This document shows positions 52,580 through 61,903 of a stretch of DNA of 64,000 bases, piece by piece. Each line of letters starts with the position of its first letter. Position 1 is the first letter of the stretch. The notes beneath the pieces are model-generated. The model searched no databases, was not told the DNA's origin, and saw only the letters and a program-made list of their open reading frames with translations. The DNA comes from an uncultured Clostridium sp. GTDB taxonomy: Bacteria; Bacillota; Clostridia; TANB77; CAG-508. Both the position numbers and the translations under genes were made by a program. The DNA lies in assembly GCA_948468045.1 (NCBI GenBank), contig CAOKGO010000003.1, positions 12,834-76,833 of the forward strand. Direction: 5' to 3'.

Positions 52580-52831
52580 ATGAAATCAACTGGAATTATA
52601 AGAAGAGTAGATGAACTTGGAAGAGTAGTTATTCCAATAGAAATCAGAAATCAGTTTAATATTGTTGAAAAAGATCCTATTGAAATATATGTACAAGGTT
52701 CTACAATTGTTCTAAAGAAATTTGAGCCAAACTGTATCTTCTGTGGTAATAACGAATCTTTACTATCTTATCAAGACAAACTAATATGTCCTGATTGTGC
52801 TAGAAAAATAGGTGCTTTAGAAAGAAAATAA
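52580..52831 (+). CDS. abrB: AbrB/SpoVT-family transition-state regulator with a C-terminal CxxC..CxxC tail
   Basis: MKSTGIIRRVDELGRVVIPIEIR swapped-hairpin motif. AAGGAGGG RBS. Confidence 0.85.
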   Translation: MKSTGIIRRVDELGRVVIPIEIRNQFNIVEKDPIEIYVQGSTIVLKKFEPNCIFCGNNESLLSYQDKLICPDCARKIGALERK

Positions 52832-52865
52832 AAATTAAATAATATAGTTAAAAAAACTTTCCTAT

Positions 52866-52925
52866 AAAAAAAGAGACATATTTTAAATATCTTAACATTT
52901 TAGATATTTATATGTCTCTTTTTTA
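52866..52925 (+). terminator. long hairpin terminator downstream of abrB
   Basis: AAAAAAGAGACATAT..ATATGTCTCTTTTTT. Confidence 0.75.
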
Positions 52926-53220
52926 TATTATAGGAAAGTTCTCCGAACTTCCTATAATATAAAACGTTCCACAGAAAATTGCTTTGCAATTTTCGCGGGC
53001 GAACAAAGACGAGGCATGAAGAGTAATCTAAAAGGTCATAAAATTTTAATCATGCCTCTTTTGTTCTTATATTTGTTTTGTTATAGGATTTTTCCGATAT
53101 TTTCCTATAACATCAATATATTCCACACAAATTTGCTTTAGCAAATTTGGCGGCGAAAAAATACGGAGCATCTAAATTAATCTAAAAAGTCACAATTTTT
53201 TTATCATGCTCCTTTTCTTC
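52924..53220 (-). repeat. three-hairpin intergenic repeat, locus 8 (type 2 + type 1 dimer, the only inverted copy)
   Basis: Reverse complements of H3/H2/H1 of type 1 (..GAACAAAGACGAGGCATGA..TCATGCCTCTTTTGTTC). These are followed by type 2 (GTTATAGGATTTTTCCGATATTTTCCTATAAC, CAAATTTGCTTTAGCAAATTTGG, ..GGAGCAT..ATGCTCC..). Confidence 0.85.
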
Positions 53221-53247
53221 TATTTACACAAAAACGGATTTTTAAAT

Positions 53248-54063
53248 TTATATGAATTTTTGATAAATTTCGTTCTTGCTTACTCCCCTATCTTTTGCTA
53301 TTTTTTTTATAATTTCTTTTTTCTCTAAACCTTGATTTTCATATAATTTATAGTGTTCTTCTAAATTTATTTCTTCGAAATCATTTTTATTTTCAATTTT
53401 ATTGCTTTTTTCTATAATTAAAACTATTTCACCTTTTAAATTTTCTGCCACTTTTATTATTTCTTCTATATTTCCTCTAATAAATTCTTCATGAATTTTT
53501 GTAAGTTCTCTTGCTAAAACAACTTGTCTATTTTCTAAAATTTCTTTTAAATCTTTTAATGTTGACATTAATTTATGTGGTGCTTCATATAAAATAATAG
53601 TTTTTTTACTTTCTTTTATTTCCTCTAATTTTTCCTTTCTTGTTTTCTTATTTAATGGTAAAAAACCTAAAAACATAAATTCCTTTGTATCAATACCTGA
53701 AGTAATTAAGGCATTTATCATTGCACAAGCTCCGGGAATTGGAATAACTTCTATTTTTTCTTCAATACATTTTTTTATAATAGCTTCACCTGGATCACAA
53801 ATTCCTGGTGTTCCAGCATCTGAAACTAATGCAATGTCTAACCCCTGTTTTAATTTCTCTATTAAAATATCAGTTTTGCAATCTTCATTATGCCTATGAT
53901 TACTAATTAATGGCTTGCTTATTTCAAAATGATTTAATAGTTTTAGAGTATGTCTTGTATCCTCTGCTGCAATTAAATCAACACTTTTTAATACTTTAAT
54001 TGCTCTTAAAGTAATATCTTCTAAATTTCCAATTGGTGTTGCTACAATGTATAATTTCCCCAT
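53248..54063 (-). CDS. rsmI: 16S rRNA (cytidine1402-2'-O)-methyltransferase
   Basis: GKLYIVATPIGNLEDITLRA..AEDTR..SDAGTPGICDPG tetrapyrrole-methylase-fold motifs. Confidence 0.9.
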   Translation of the reverse strand: MGKLYIVATPIGNLEDITLRAIKVLKSVDLIAAEDTRHTLKLLNHFEISKPLISNHRHNEDCKTDILIEKLKQGLDIALVSDAGTPGICDPGEAIIKKCIEEKIEVIPIPGACAMINALITSGIDTKEFMFLGFLPLNKKTRKEKLEEIKESKKTIILYEAPHKLMSTLKDLKEILENRQVVLARELTKIHEEFIRGNIEEIIKVAENLKGEIVLIIEKSNKIENKNDFEEINLEEHYKLYENQGLEKKEIIKKIAKDRGVSKNEIYQKFI

Positions 54064-54180
54064 ATTATCCCCTTTCTTTATTATAAATCTTTATAATATT
54101 TAATTTACACTCTATTATATAGCTGATAGTTATAAACTTTCCTATTTAGAAAAAATATATAAAATTTTAATACATATGAT

Positions 54181-54927
54181 TTATTTAGTTATATTATAAA
54201 TTTTATTAATTTCTTCAGTATATTTTCCATCTTCTTTATAAATATATAAATTACTTTCCACCTTTAAAAACGGATTTGCATTTTTTATTCCTTTTATTAA
54301 AATCAATTTTGGCTCACTTTTTTGATTAGAATAAACAAAACGTATTATCTTAGGTTCTATTTTATATTTCCTCAAAATACTTAGTATATCTACTAGCCTC
54401 TCTAGTCTATGTACCATATAAAATTCGCCCTTGTCTTTTAATAAATCTTTTGATATTTTTATAAAATCTTCTAATGTAGCTGTTGTTTCATGCCTCGAAA
54501 TTATTTTCTTACAATCTTCATTTTTTATTCCTGTATCTTTTTTCTTATATGGTGGATTTGTAACAATAACATCAAATGTGTTTTTTTCCAATTTTTTATT
54601 AATATTTAAAATATCTTCATTTATTATTTTAAATTTATTTTCTAATTTATTTAATTTAATACTTTTTATAGCCATTTTATAAACTTCGTTTTGAATTTCT
54701 ACTCCTATTATTTCTTTTAATTTAGTTTTTCCACATAATAAAGTTGCAATTATTCCAGTTCCTGTTCCTAAATCTAAAACTTTAGAATTTTCTTTTATTC
54801 CTTTTGCAAAATCTGATAACAATACACTGTCAATTCCAAAACAAAATCCTGTTTTGTCTTGGATAATTTTTAAATCTTTAAATTGCAAATTTTCTATTCT
54901 TTCATTTTTGTTTAATTCAATTTCCAT
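54181..54927 (-). CDS. SAM-dependent N6-adenine methyltransferase, TrmN6/YfiC-like
   Basis: VLDLGTGTGII SAM loop and VTNPPY catalytic motif. Confidence 0.75.
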   Translation of the reverse strand: MEIELNKNERIENLQFKDLKIIQDKTGFCFGIDSVLLSDFAKGIKENSKVLDLGTGTGIIATLLCGKTKLKEIIGVEIQNEVYKMAIKSIKLNKLENKFKIINEDILNINKKLEKNTFDVIVTNPPYKKKDTGIKNEDCKKIISRHETTATLEDFIKISKDLLKDKGEFYMVHRLERLVDILSILRKYKIEPKIIRFVYSNQKSEPKLILIKGIKNANPFLKVESNLYIYKEDGKYTEEINKIYNITK

Positions 54928-55002
54928 TTATTTTTTCCTTCTTTATATAAAATTGTGTTAGAAAAAGTTTTACAACTTTTTTAATTTTTCTATTTCTAAA
55001 AA

Positions 55003-55288
55003 GAACAAAAGTGGGCTGATTGATATTCTCTAATTTTTATATGTAGTATTCAGCCCACGTTTATTTGTTCGCCTGCCAAATTTGCTTTAGCAAATTTGTG
55101 TAGAATGTATTGATGTTATAGGAAAATCTTTGATTTTTCCTATAACAGAACAAAAGTGGCATGATTAAAATTTTATGACCTTTTAGATAACTTTTCATGC
55201 CACGTCTTTGTTCGTCTGCGAAAATTGCTTTGCAATTTTCTAGGGAATGCTCATATTATAGGAAGTTCGGAGAACTTTCCTATAATAC
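55003..55288 (+). repeat. three-hairpin intergenic repeat, locus 9 (type 2 + type 1 dimer)
   Basis: Type 2 unit: GAACAAAAGTGGGCTGA..TCAGCCCACGTTTATTTGTTC, CCAAATTTGCTTTAGCAAATTTG, GTTATAGGAAAATCTTTGATTTTTCCTATAAC. It is followed by a type 1 unit: GAACAAAAGTGGCATGA..TCATGCCACGTCTTTGTTC, GCGAAAATTGCTTTGCAATTTTC, ATATTATAGGAAGTTCGGAGAACTTTCCTATAATA. Confidence 0.85.
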
Positions 55289-55775
55289 AAAAATAAAATT
55301 TTTATTATGTACAAAATATAAATTGAAAAAATTTTTTATAATTTCTTTAATTAAAATTTTTTTGTGTTTTTTTTATTTTATTTTTTATTTTTAATTTTTT
55401 ATCTTTATTTTTATTTTTTAATTTTTATTTTTTTATTTTTACTTTTTGTTTTTATTTTTTACTTTTTATTTTTTAATAAAATTTTTTGTATAAATTTTTT
55501 TTAAACTCTTGAGAAAAAGTGCCCCTTTCTCATTTACTTTTTTCAAATCAATAAGACTTAATTTTATGTTTTAAAAATTTTATTTTTGTTTTATGTATAT
55601 CTATACAAATGTTAGTGTATAAGTTTTTCTTTTCTTTTGCCCCATAGCATTCATTTACTTATTCAAATTACATTTTACTTCAATAGCATAAAATTTGTAA
55701 ACCTTTTTTCATTTCTTTCATATTATACTACAAAAACAATATTTTTGCAAAATCTAAAAATTAGGAGACCAAAAA

Positions 55776-55958
55776 ATGGATAGACTTTTTCTTAATAAAA
55801 ATAATAGAGGAGAAGATAAACCTTCTCCAAAAAAATCTTTTGATTTTAAATTATATAAAAAAAATACATTAAATTCTATTAACGATGTTGAAAATTTTTT
55901 AAATAATTTTCATCATTATTTTAAATATTTTAAATTATATAAAATAATCAAAAAATAA
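55776..55958 (+). CDS. possible small basic protein (60 aa)
   Basis: The only ORF with a good RBS (TTAGGAGACC, 7 nt before the ATG) inside a 1.1-kb gene-poor stretch. Low-complexity K/N/F-rich sequence, so this is weak. Confidence 0.25.
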   Translation: MDRLFLNKNNRGEDKPSPKKSFDFKLYKKNTLNSINDVENFLNNFHHYFKYFKLYKIIKK

Positions 55959-56418
55959 AATTCAAAATTTTCATTTTTACAAAACCTTGCTACATCTAGT
56001 TTTCACAAAAATACTCTTGTAAAAAAATTTTTTTATTTATATTTTTTCATAAAAATAACAAATAAATTATAAAAAAATAAATATTTTTTCAAGATACCTT
56101 TTTATTTTTTATTTTTCTATTTTGTTTTTTACATTATTCGAAAAACTTTTCTAATAAAAAACTTTGTATTTTTTTACTTTTTTCTTATCATTTTCTTATT
56201 ATTTCATTTTGCTTTTCGTTGTTATGTTTACCGTTTTTGGTCGTTTATATTTTTAGCTTTCCCCTTATTTCCCTAGGTTTCATGCGTTTTGTTTTATTTT
56301 ACCTCTATTACTTTTTCTAACATTTATACATGGCAATTTCTTCTTGAATTTCCGTATACATAATATTGTTTTTTGGTCTAAAACTCATTGTACACAAATT
56401 TATTTTATAAACTTGTTT

Positions 56419-56961
56419 TTATTTATTTTGTCTTGTATAAATTTCTTTAAACTCCTCATTTTCATTTCCATCAATCAAAATTTTAACTTTATTTACTTCA
56501 TTTAATTCAGTTAAAGTATTAACAATACTATTTATCATATTTGTTTTTTCTTTTTCATTTTCTTTAGAATAATTTAAAAAATCATTTGAAAAATCCAAAA
56601 CAATGCAATCATTTTCTAAATAATTTTTATTTAGTTTAGTATTCTCTGGAATCACTTTTTTATTTTTCTCATTCTTAGGTCCCTCTATTAATAAATTAAT
56701 TAACCTATCATAAGGAGTATTTATAATTTCCTTAATATCAATAAGCCTTGCCTCTGGATTTAATTCATCTGTTTCCCTTGAAGGAAAATACAAACTAATA
56801 ATTGTTTGCCTTACTTGCTCCTCCCCTATTTCCTCTTGTGGTACATATTCTTCCACAATAGTTTCTTGCTTATTCTTTACAAACTTAATTGCAAAATATC
56901 CTCCTAACAAAATAACAACTAATAAAACGAAAAAAATTATACCTATCTTTTTCCCTTTCAT
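56419..56961 (-). CDS. gerM: GerMN-domain sporulation/germination lipoprotein-like protein
   Basis: TM/signal segment followed by ..ISLYFPSRETDELNPE..LLIEGPKNEK..VNKVKILIDG, the GerMN pattern. Confidence 0.6.
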   Translation of the reverse strand: MKGKKIGIIFFVLLVVILLGGYFAIKFVKNKQETIVEEYVPQEEIGEEQVRQTIISLYFPSRETDELNPEARLIDIKEIINTPYDRLINLLIEGPKNEKNKKVIPENTKLNKNYLENDCIVLDFSNDFLNYSKENEKEKTNMINSIVNTLTELNEVNKVKILIDGNENEEFKEIYTRQNK

Positions 56962-57071
56962 AATCACTTCATTCCTTTCTCTCACAAACTTGGTCGGAAA
57001 AACAAAAATCTAATCCATACCTTTTCGTGCTTTTTATTTACTAACATCATATTACTTGTTTGTCCTTTTTA

Positions 57072-57197
57072 GAACAAAGTAGCATAATTAAAATTTTTTT
57101 GAACTTTTATATTTTTTACATGCTCCGTCTTTGTTCGCCTGCCAAATTTGCTTTAGCAAATTTATGTAGAATATGTTTCTGTTATAGAAAAATCGCA
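57072..57197 (+). repeat. three-hairpin intergenic repeat, locus 10 (type 2; H3 truncated by the tandem 35-mers)
   Basis: GAACAAAGTAGCATAA..CATGCTCCGTCTTTGTTC; CCAAATTTGCTTTAGCAAATTT; GTTATAGAAAAATCGC... Confidence 0.8.
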
Positions 57198-57200
57198 TTT

Positions 57201-57328
57201 GGGTCATTCAGTGCCTGTCCCAATTATGCCCAAATGGGTCATTCAGTGCCTGTCCCAATTATGCCCAAATGGGTCACTCGGTGCCTGTCCCAATTATGCC
57301 CAAATGCTCACATTCCCAATTATGCCCA
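57201..57328 (+). repeat. tandem direct repeat, 3 full 35-bp units plus a partial fourth
   Basis: GGGTCATTCAGTGCCTGTCCCAATTATGCCCAAAT at 57201, 57236 and 57271 (the third copy has 2 substitutions). A partial unit GCTCACATTCCCAATTATGCCCA follows. Confidence 0.9.
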
Positions 57329-57357
57329 TTGACAAATTGCCTTTTTCCGTATAAAAT
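57329..57357 (+). promoter_or_regulatory. sigma-A-type promoter of the large activase/dehydratase gene
   Basis: TTGACA (57329..57334), a 17-nt spacer, then TAAAAT (57352..57357). RBS AAAGGAAG and ATG at 57380. Confidence 0.6.
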
Positions 57358-57379
57358 TAGGCTGAAAGGAAGTTTTTTT

Positions 57380-60300
57380 ATGAGTGATATTAAAGGTGAT
57401 TTTAATATAGATTTTGATACAAATGATAATGCTGTTTTTAATGATGTTTTACATGTTGGGCTTGATGTTGGTTCTACTACTGTTAAGATTATTGTTATGG
57501 ATGGCTATAAGAATACTGTATATAAGGATTATAGGAGACATTTTTCGGATACAAAGAATACTGTTTGTGAGGTTTTAGAGGATTTGCTAAAGAGGTTTCC
57601 TTTGTGTTCGTTTACTTTGGCTCTTACGGGTTCAGGGGCTATGTCTGCTGCTAAGTTTTTGGGCGTTAGTTTTATTCAAGAGGTGGTTTCTTGTAAACGC
57701 GCAGTGGAGAGGTATATTCCGAAGACTGATGTTGTTATTGAGCTTGGGGGTGAGGATGCTAAGATTATTTATTTTGACCAGTCTATTGAGCAACGTATGA
57801 ATGGGACTTGTGCTGGTGGTACTGGTGCATTTTTGGATCAGATGGCTTCTTTGCTTCATACGGATACTGCTGGTTTGAATGAATTGGCTAAGGGTTTTTC
57901 TACTATTTATCCTATTGCTTCTCGTTGTGGGGTTTTTGCTAAAACTGATATTCAACCTTTGATTAATGAGGGGGCTGCTAGGGAAGATATTGCTGCTTCT
58001 ATTTTTCAGGCTGTTGTTAATCAAACTATTAGTGGTTTGGCTTGTGGTAGACCTATTCGTGGGAATGTTGCTTTTTTGGGAGGTCCTCTTAATTATTTGT
58101 CTGAACTTAGGACAAGGTTTATTGAGACTCTTAATTTAAAAGATGATGAAATCATTGTTCCTGATGAGGCTCATCTTTTGGTTGCAAAAGGTGCTGCTTT
58201 GGATTCTATTAATTCTGATGAAATTACTACTAATGAGTTAGAAGCAAAAATTGTTAATTTGAAAAATTCACATGATAATACTACACATCCTTTAGAACCT
58301 TTATTTAAAAATGAGAATGAGTATCAAGATTTCAAAAATCGACATAATAATGCAAAGGTTGAAAAGGCTCAATTAGACGGTTATGAGGGTGATTGCTATC
58401 TTGGTATTGATGCTGGTTCTACTACTACTAAATTGGTTTTGATTGATAAAGATGGAAAGCTTTTATATTCTCTTTATGGTAACAATGAAGGAAATCCTTT
58501 ACAAAGTGTTATGAATATGTTAAAGGATTTATATAAAGTTTTGCCTGAAAAAGCAATTTTAAGGTACAGTGGTGTCACAGGATATGGCGAAAAGCTAATT
58601 CAAACTGCTTTAAATGTTGATATAAATGAAATTGAGACTATTGCACATTATACTGCTGCCAAAACTTTTGAGCCTAATGTTACAGCAATTGTAGATATTG
58701 GTGGTCAAGATATGAAGTATATTCGCATGAAAAATGGCTCAATTGATAACATAATGTTAAATGAAGCTTGTTCTTCTGGTTGTGGTTCTTTTATTGAAAC
58801 ATTTGCAAAAAGCTTAAACTTAGAGATTTCACAATTTGTTGAAGAAGCTATCAAGTCTAAAAGACCTGTTGACTTAGGTTCAAGGTGTACTGTTTTTATG
58901 AATTCTAAAATTAAACAGGCACAAAAAGAAGGGTATTTGGTTGGAGACATTTCAAGTGGACTTTCTTATTCAGTTATTAAAAATGCAATTCAAAAAGTTA
59001 TGAAAGTAAGAGATGTTGAAACACTTGGTAAACATATTGTTGTTCAAGGTGGAACTTTTTATAATGATGCAGTTTTACGTGCTTTTGAATTGATTGTTGG
59101 CAAAAATGTTGTAAGACCTGATATTTCTGGTCTTATGGGTGCATATGGTATGGCACTTTTATCAAAAGAACAATATGAAGCTAATTTGGATATGGAATAT
59201 AAGTCTACTATTTTAAAGGAAAATGATATAGATAATTTAAAGATAAACATAACACATACTCGTTGTAATAATTGTGAAAATCATTGTAAATTAACTATTA
59301 ACAAATTCAGCAATGGACAAATTCATGTATCTGGAAATCGTTGTGAAAAAGGTAGTGGCATGGTTACTAAAACACAAGAATTGCCAAACCTTATCCAATA
59401 CAAACAAGAAAGAATTTTTAATTATAAACCATTAGAAGAGCATTCTGCACCAAGAGGAATTATAGGTATTCCAAGAGTTTTAAATATGTATGAAGATTAT
59501 CCATTTTGGTTCACTTTTCTAACATCTTTAGGTTTTCGTGTTATTCTTTCTGAGAAAAGTACACGTAAAACATATGAAAAAGGAATGGAATCAATGCCAT
59601 CTGAATCTGTTTGCTATCCAGCAAAACTTTCTCATGGTCATATCGAAAGCTTAATAGAACAAGGAATTACAACAATATTTTATCCTTGTATACCATATTC
59701 AAGAAAAGAATACGAAAAAGCAGATAATCACTATAACTGCCCTATTGTAATTTCTTATTCTGAAGTACTTAAAAATAATGTTGAAGGACTAAAAAATGAT
59801 AACATAAAGTTTATAAATCCATTTTTGCCATTTGAAAAGAAAAACTTAGTTAAGAAAATAATGGAATTAAAAGAATTTGAAGAATATCATTTTACAAAAG
59901 CAGAACTCTTAAAAGCTGCTGAAAAAGCAGAATATGAATATCAAAAATGCAAAAAAGATATTAGAGATAAAGGGGCCAAAACTGTACGTTATTTAGAGGA
60001 AAATAATTTAAAAGGTATTGTTTTAGCAGGTAGACCGTATCATGTTGACCCAGAAATAAATCACGGAATTGATACTTTAATTACATCTTTGGGGCTTAGT
60101 GTTTTAACAGAAGATAGCATTTGTGATAAAACAGAGGCAAAAAGACCTATCCGTGTTGTAGACCAATGGGTATATCACGCAAGATTGTATGCAGCAGCAG
60201 ATTTTGTTGGTAAACATGATTGTTTAGAACTTGTTCAATTAAATTCTTTTGGCTGTGGTGTAGATGCCGTTACAACAGATCAAGTTGAAGAAATTTTAAC

Positions 60301-61762
60301 AAGTTTTGGTAAGATGTATACTTTAATTAAGATAGATGAAGTTAATAATTTAGGAGCTGTACGTATTCGTATTCGTTCACTTTTAGCTAGTATGAAGAAA
60401 CGCGAGCAAGAAAAGTTTACAGAAAACCAAAATGGTGATTACGGCATTAAGAAAAAGATTTTTACTAAAGAGATGAAGAAAGATTACACAATTCTAATTC
60501 CACAAATGGCACCTATTCATTTTGAATTATTAGAAGCTGCTGTTCGTTCTTCTGGATATAATGTAGAATTGCTACGTGAATGTACTCAAAATACTGTCGA
60601 AACTGGTCTAAAATATGTAAACAATGATGCTTGTTACCCATCAATCTTGGTTACTGGGCAAATGATTGAAGCTTTACAGTCTGGCAAATATGACTTAAAT
60701 AAAACTGCTTTAATTATGTCACAAACTGGTGGTGGTTGTAGAGCTACAAATTACATTGGTTTTATACGTAAAGCTTTAAAAGATGCTGGTTTTGAGAATG
60801 TGCCTGTTATTTCTTTTAATATTGTTGGTATGGAAAAAATGCCTGGATTTAAGCTTACTGTTCCTTTAATGGAAAAGTTGCTTAAAATGTTGGTTTATGC
60901 AGATTTATTACAAAAAATGCTTACAAAGAATAGAGCTTATGAAGTACATAAAGGTGAAACACAAAAACTTTTTGATACTTGGCTAGAAAAATGTAAACTA
61001 TTATTAGAAAAGTCTAATAATAAGGAGTTTAAACAAAGTATTTATGACATTGTAAATGATTTTGAAAAAATTGAATTAGATACATCAATTGAAAAACCTC
61101 GTGTTGGTATTGTTGGTGAAGTTTTGATTAAGTATCATCCATTTGGTAATAACTATGTTGCAGACCTTTTAGAAAAAGAGGGTGCTGAGGTTATTTTACC
61201 TGATTTTATGGGATTTGCTAAATTTATGTGTACACACAAAATTACTTTTAATAGTTTACTTAATACCAATAAAACTTCTTCTAAGATTATGAAAGCTGCA
61301 ATTAAGTTGATTGATATTCTTGAAAAAGATGTTAAGATTGCTCTTTCTAATTCTAAAAAGGGTTATTTGCCACCTTGTGATATTTGGCATTTGGAAGAAA
61401 AGGTTAAAGATGTGTTGTCTATTGGAAATCAAACTGGTGAGGGTTGGTTTTTGACAGCTGAGATGATTGAGTATATTGAAAATGATATTCCAAATATTGT
61501 TTGTGTTCAACCTTTTGCTTGTTTGCCTAATCATGTTGTTGGTAAGGGTGTTATTAAGACTATTCGAGAGAAGTTCCCTGAGGCAAATATCTCTCCTGTT
61601 GATTATGACCCAGGTGCTAGTGAGGCTAATCAGACTAATAGGATTAAACTTCTTATGACTGTTGCAAAAGATAATTTGCAGGCTAAACAAAATAGGAAAA
61701 GGGCTTTGGAGAATGAGGGCTTGGAGGAAAGTTTGGATAAAAAAGAAGAAGAAAATGTGTAG
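57380..61762 (+). CDS. fusion protein: two BadF/BadG/BcrA/BcrD-type ATPase (HgdC-like activase) modules plus 2-hydroxyacyl-CoA-dehydratase-like/DUF2229 domains
   Basis: Two acetate/sugar-kinase-fold starts (GLDVGSTTVKIIV, GIDAGSTTTKLVL), a Cys cluster (CNNCENHCKL..GNRCEKG), and dehydratase-like C-terminal domains. The true start is MSDIKGDF at 57380. The track start at 57269 translates the tandem repeats. Confidence 0.8.
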   Translation: MSDIKGDFNIDFDTNDNAVFNDVLHVGLDVGSTTVKIIVMDGYKNTVYKDYRRHFSDTKNTVCEVLEDLLKRFPLCSFTLALTGSGAMSAAKFLGVSFIQEVVSCKRAVERYIPKTDVVIELGGEDAKIIYFDQSIEQRMNGTCAGGTGAFLDQMASLLHTDTAGLNELAKGFSTIYPIASRCGVFAKTDIQPLINEGAAREDIAASIFQAVVNQTISGLACGRPIRGNVAFLGGPLNYLSELRTRFIETLNLKDDEIIVPDEAHLLVAKGAALDSINSDEITTNELEAKIVNLKNSHDNTTHPLEPLFKNENEYQDFKNRHNNAKVEKAQLDGYEGDCYLGIDAGSTTTKLVLIDKDGKLLYSLYGNNEGNPLQSVMNMLKDLYKVLPEKAILRYSGVTGYGEKLIQTALNVDINEIETIAHYTAAKTFEPNVTAIVDIGGQDMKYIRMKNGSIDNIMLNEACSSGCGSFIETFAKSLNLEISQFVEEAIKSKRPVDLGSRCTVFMNSKIKQAQKEGYLVGDISSGLSYSVIKNAIQKVMKVRDVETLGKHIVVQGGTFYNDAVLRAFELIVGKNVVRPDISGLMGAYGMALLSKEQYEANLDMEYKSTILKENDIDNLKINITHTRCNNCENHCKLTINKFSNGQIHVSGNRCEKGSGMVTKTQELPNLIQYKQERIFNYKPLEEHSAPRGIIGIPRVLNMYEDYPFWFTFLTSLGFRVILSEKSTRKTYEKGMESMPSESVCYPAKLSHGHIESLIEQGITTIFYPCIPYSRKEYEKADNHYNCPIVISYSEVLKNNVEGLKNDNIKFINPFLPFEKKNLVKKIMELKEFEEYHFTKAELLKAAEKAEYEYQKCKKDIRDKGAKTVRYLEENNLKGIVLAGRPYHVDPEINHGIDTLITSLGLSVLTEDSICDKTEAKRPIRVVDQWVYHARLYAAADFVGKHDCLELVQLNSFGCGVDAVTTDQVEEILTSFGKMYTLIKIDEVNNLGAVRIRIRSLLASMKKREQEKFTENQNGDYGIKKKIFTKEMKKDYTILIPQMAPIHFELLEAAVRSSGYNVELLRECTQNTVETGLKYVNNDACYPSILVTGQMIEALQSGKYDLNKTALIMSQTGGGCRATNYIGFIRKALKDAGFENVPVISFNIVGMEKMPGFKLTVPLMEKLLKMLVYADLLQKMLTKNRAYEVHKGETQKLFDTWLEKCKLLLEKSNNKEFKQSIYDIVNDFEKIELDTSIEKPRVGIVGEVLIKYHPFGNNYVADLLEKEGAEVILPDFMGFAKFMCTHKITFNSLLNTNKTSSKIMKAAIKLIDILEKDVKIALSNSKKGYLPPCDIWHLEEKVKDVLSIGNQTGEGWFLTAEMIEYIENDIPNIVCVQPFACLPNHVVGKGVIKTIREKFPEANISPVDYDPGASEANQTNRIKLLMTVAKDNLQAKQNRKRALENEGLEESLDKKEEENV

Positions 61763-61776
61763 AAACATAAAAAAAT

Positions 61777-61806
61777 ATGCAGGCATGTGCTTGCATGTTT
61801 TTTGTT
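61777..61806 (+). terminator. rho-independent terminator of the large gene
   Basis: ATGCAGGCATGTGCTTGCAT followed by GTTTTTTGTTTG. Confidence 0.75.
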
Positions 61807-61903
61807 TGTCTGTCAAATTTTACTTTTTTCTTATTTTGTGATATAATTAACATAATGGAATAGTCCAGAAAACTATTATTTTTTCCTAAAAGGAGGAACT
61901 ATC

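Noticed and set aside
55340-55480. T-rich periodic block as phased A-tract curved DNA or as a replication origin.
   Set aside because: The tract spacing is about 6-8 nt, not about 10.5 nt. I saw no DnaA-box-like TTATCCACA/TGTGGATAA motifs, and there is no dnaA or dnaN nearby.
57201-57328. Possible CRISPR array (direct repeats of about 35 bp).
   Set aside because: The repeats are strictly head-to-tail with no spacers, there are only about 3.5 copies, and no cas genes are present in the window.
57060-57379. Track ORF 57060..57332, and the N-terminal extension of the large ORF starting at 57269.
   Set aside because: Both simply translate the 35-bp tandem repeats (the repeated peptide GHSVPVPIMPK). 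A promoter, an RBS and the ATG at 57380 follow the repeats, and homology starts at MSDIKGDF.
57632-58024. 130-aa antisense ORF inside the large fusion gene. The 186-aa antisense ORF at 61256..61816 is similar.
   Set aside because: The sequences are not protein-like and there is no RBS. Their openness is explained by the local avoidance of A-ending sense codons, so TTA, CTA and TCA are absent. The compositional anomaly itself is reported as a finding.
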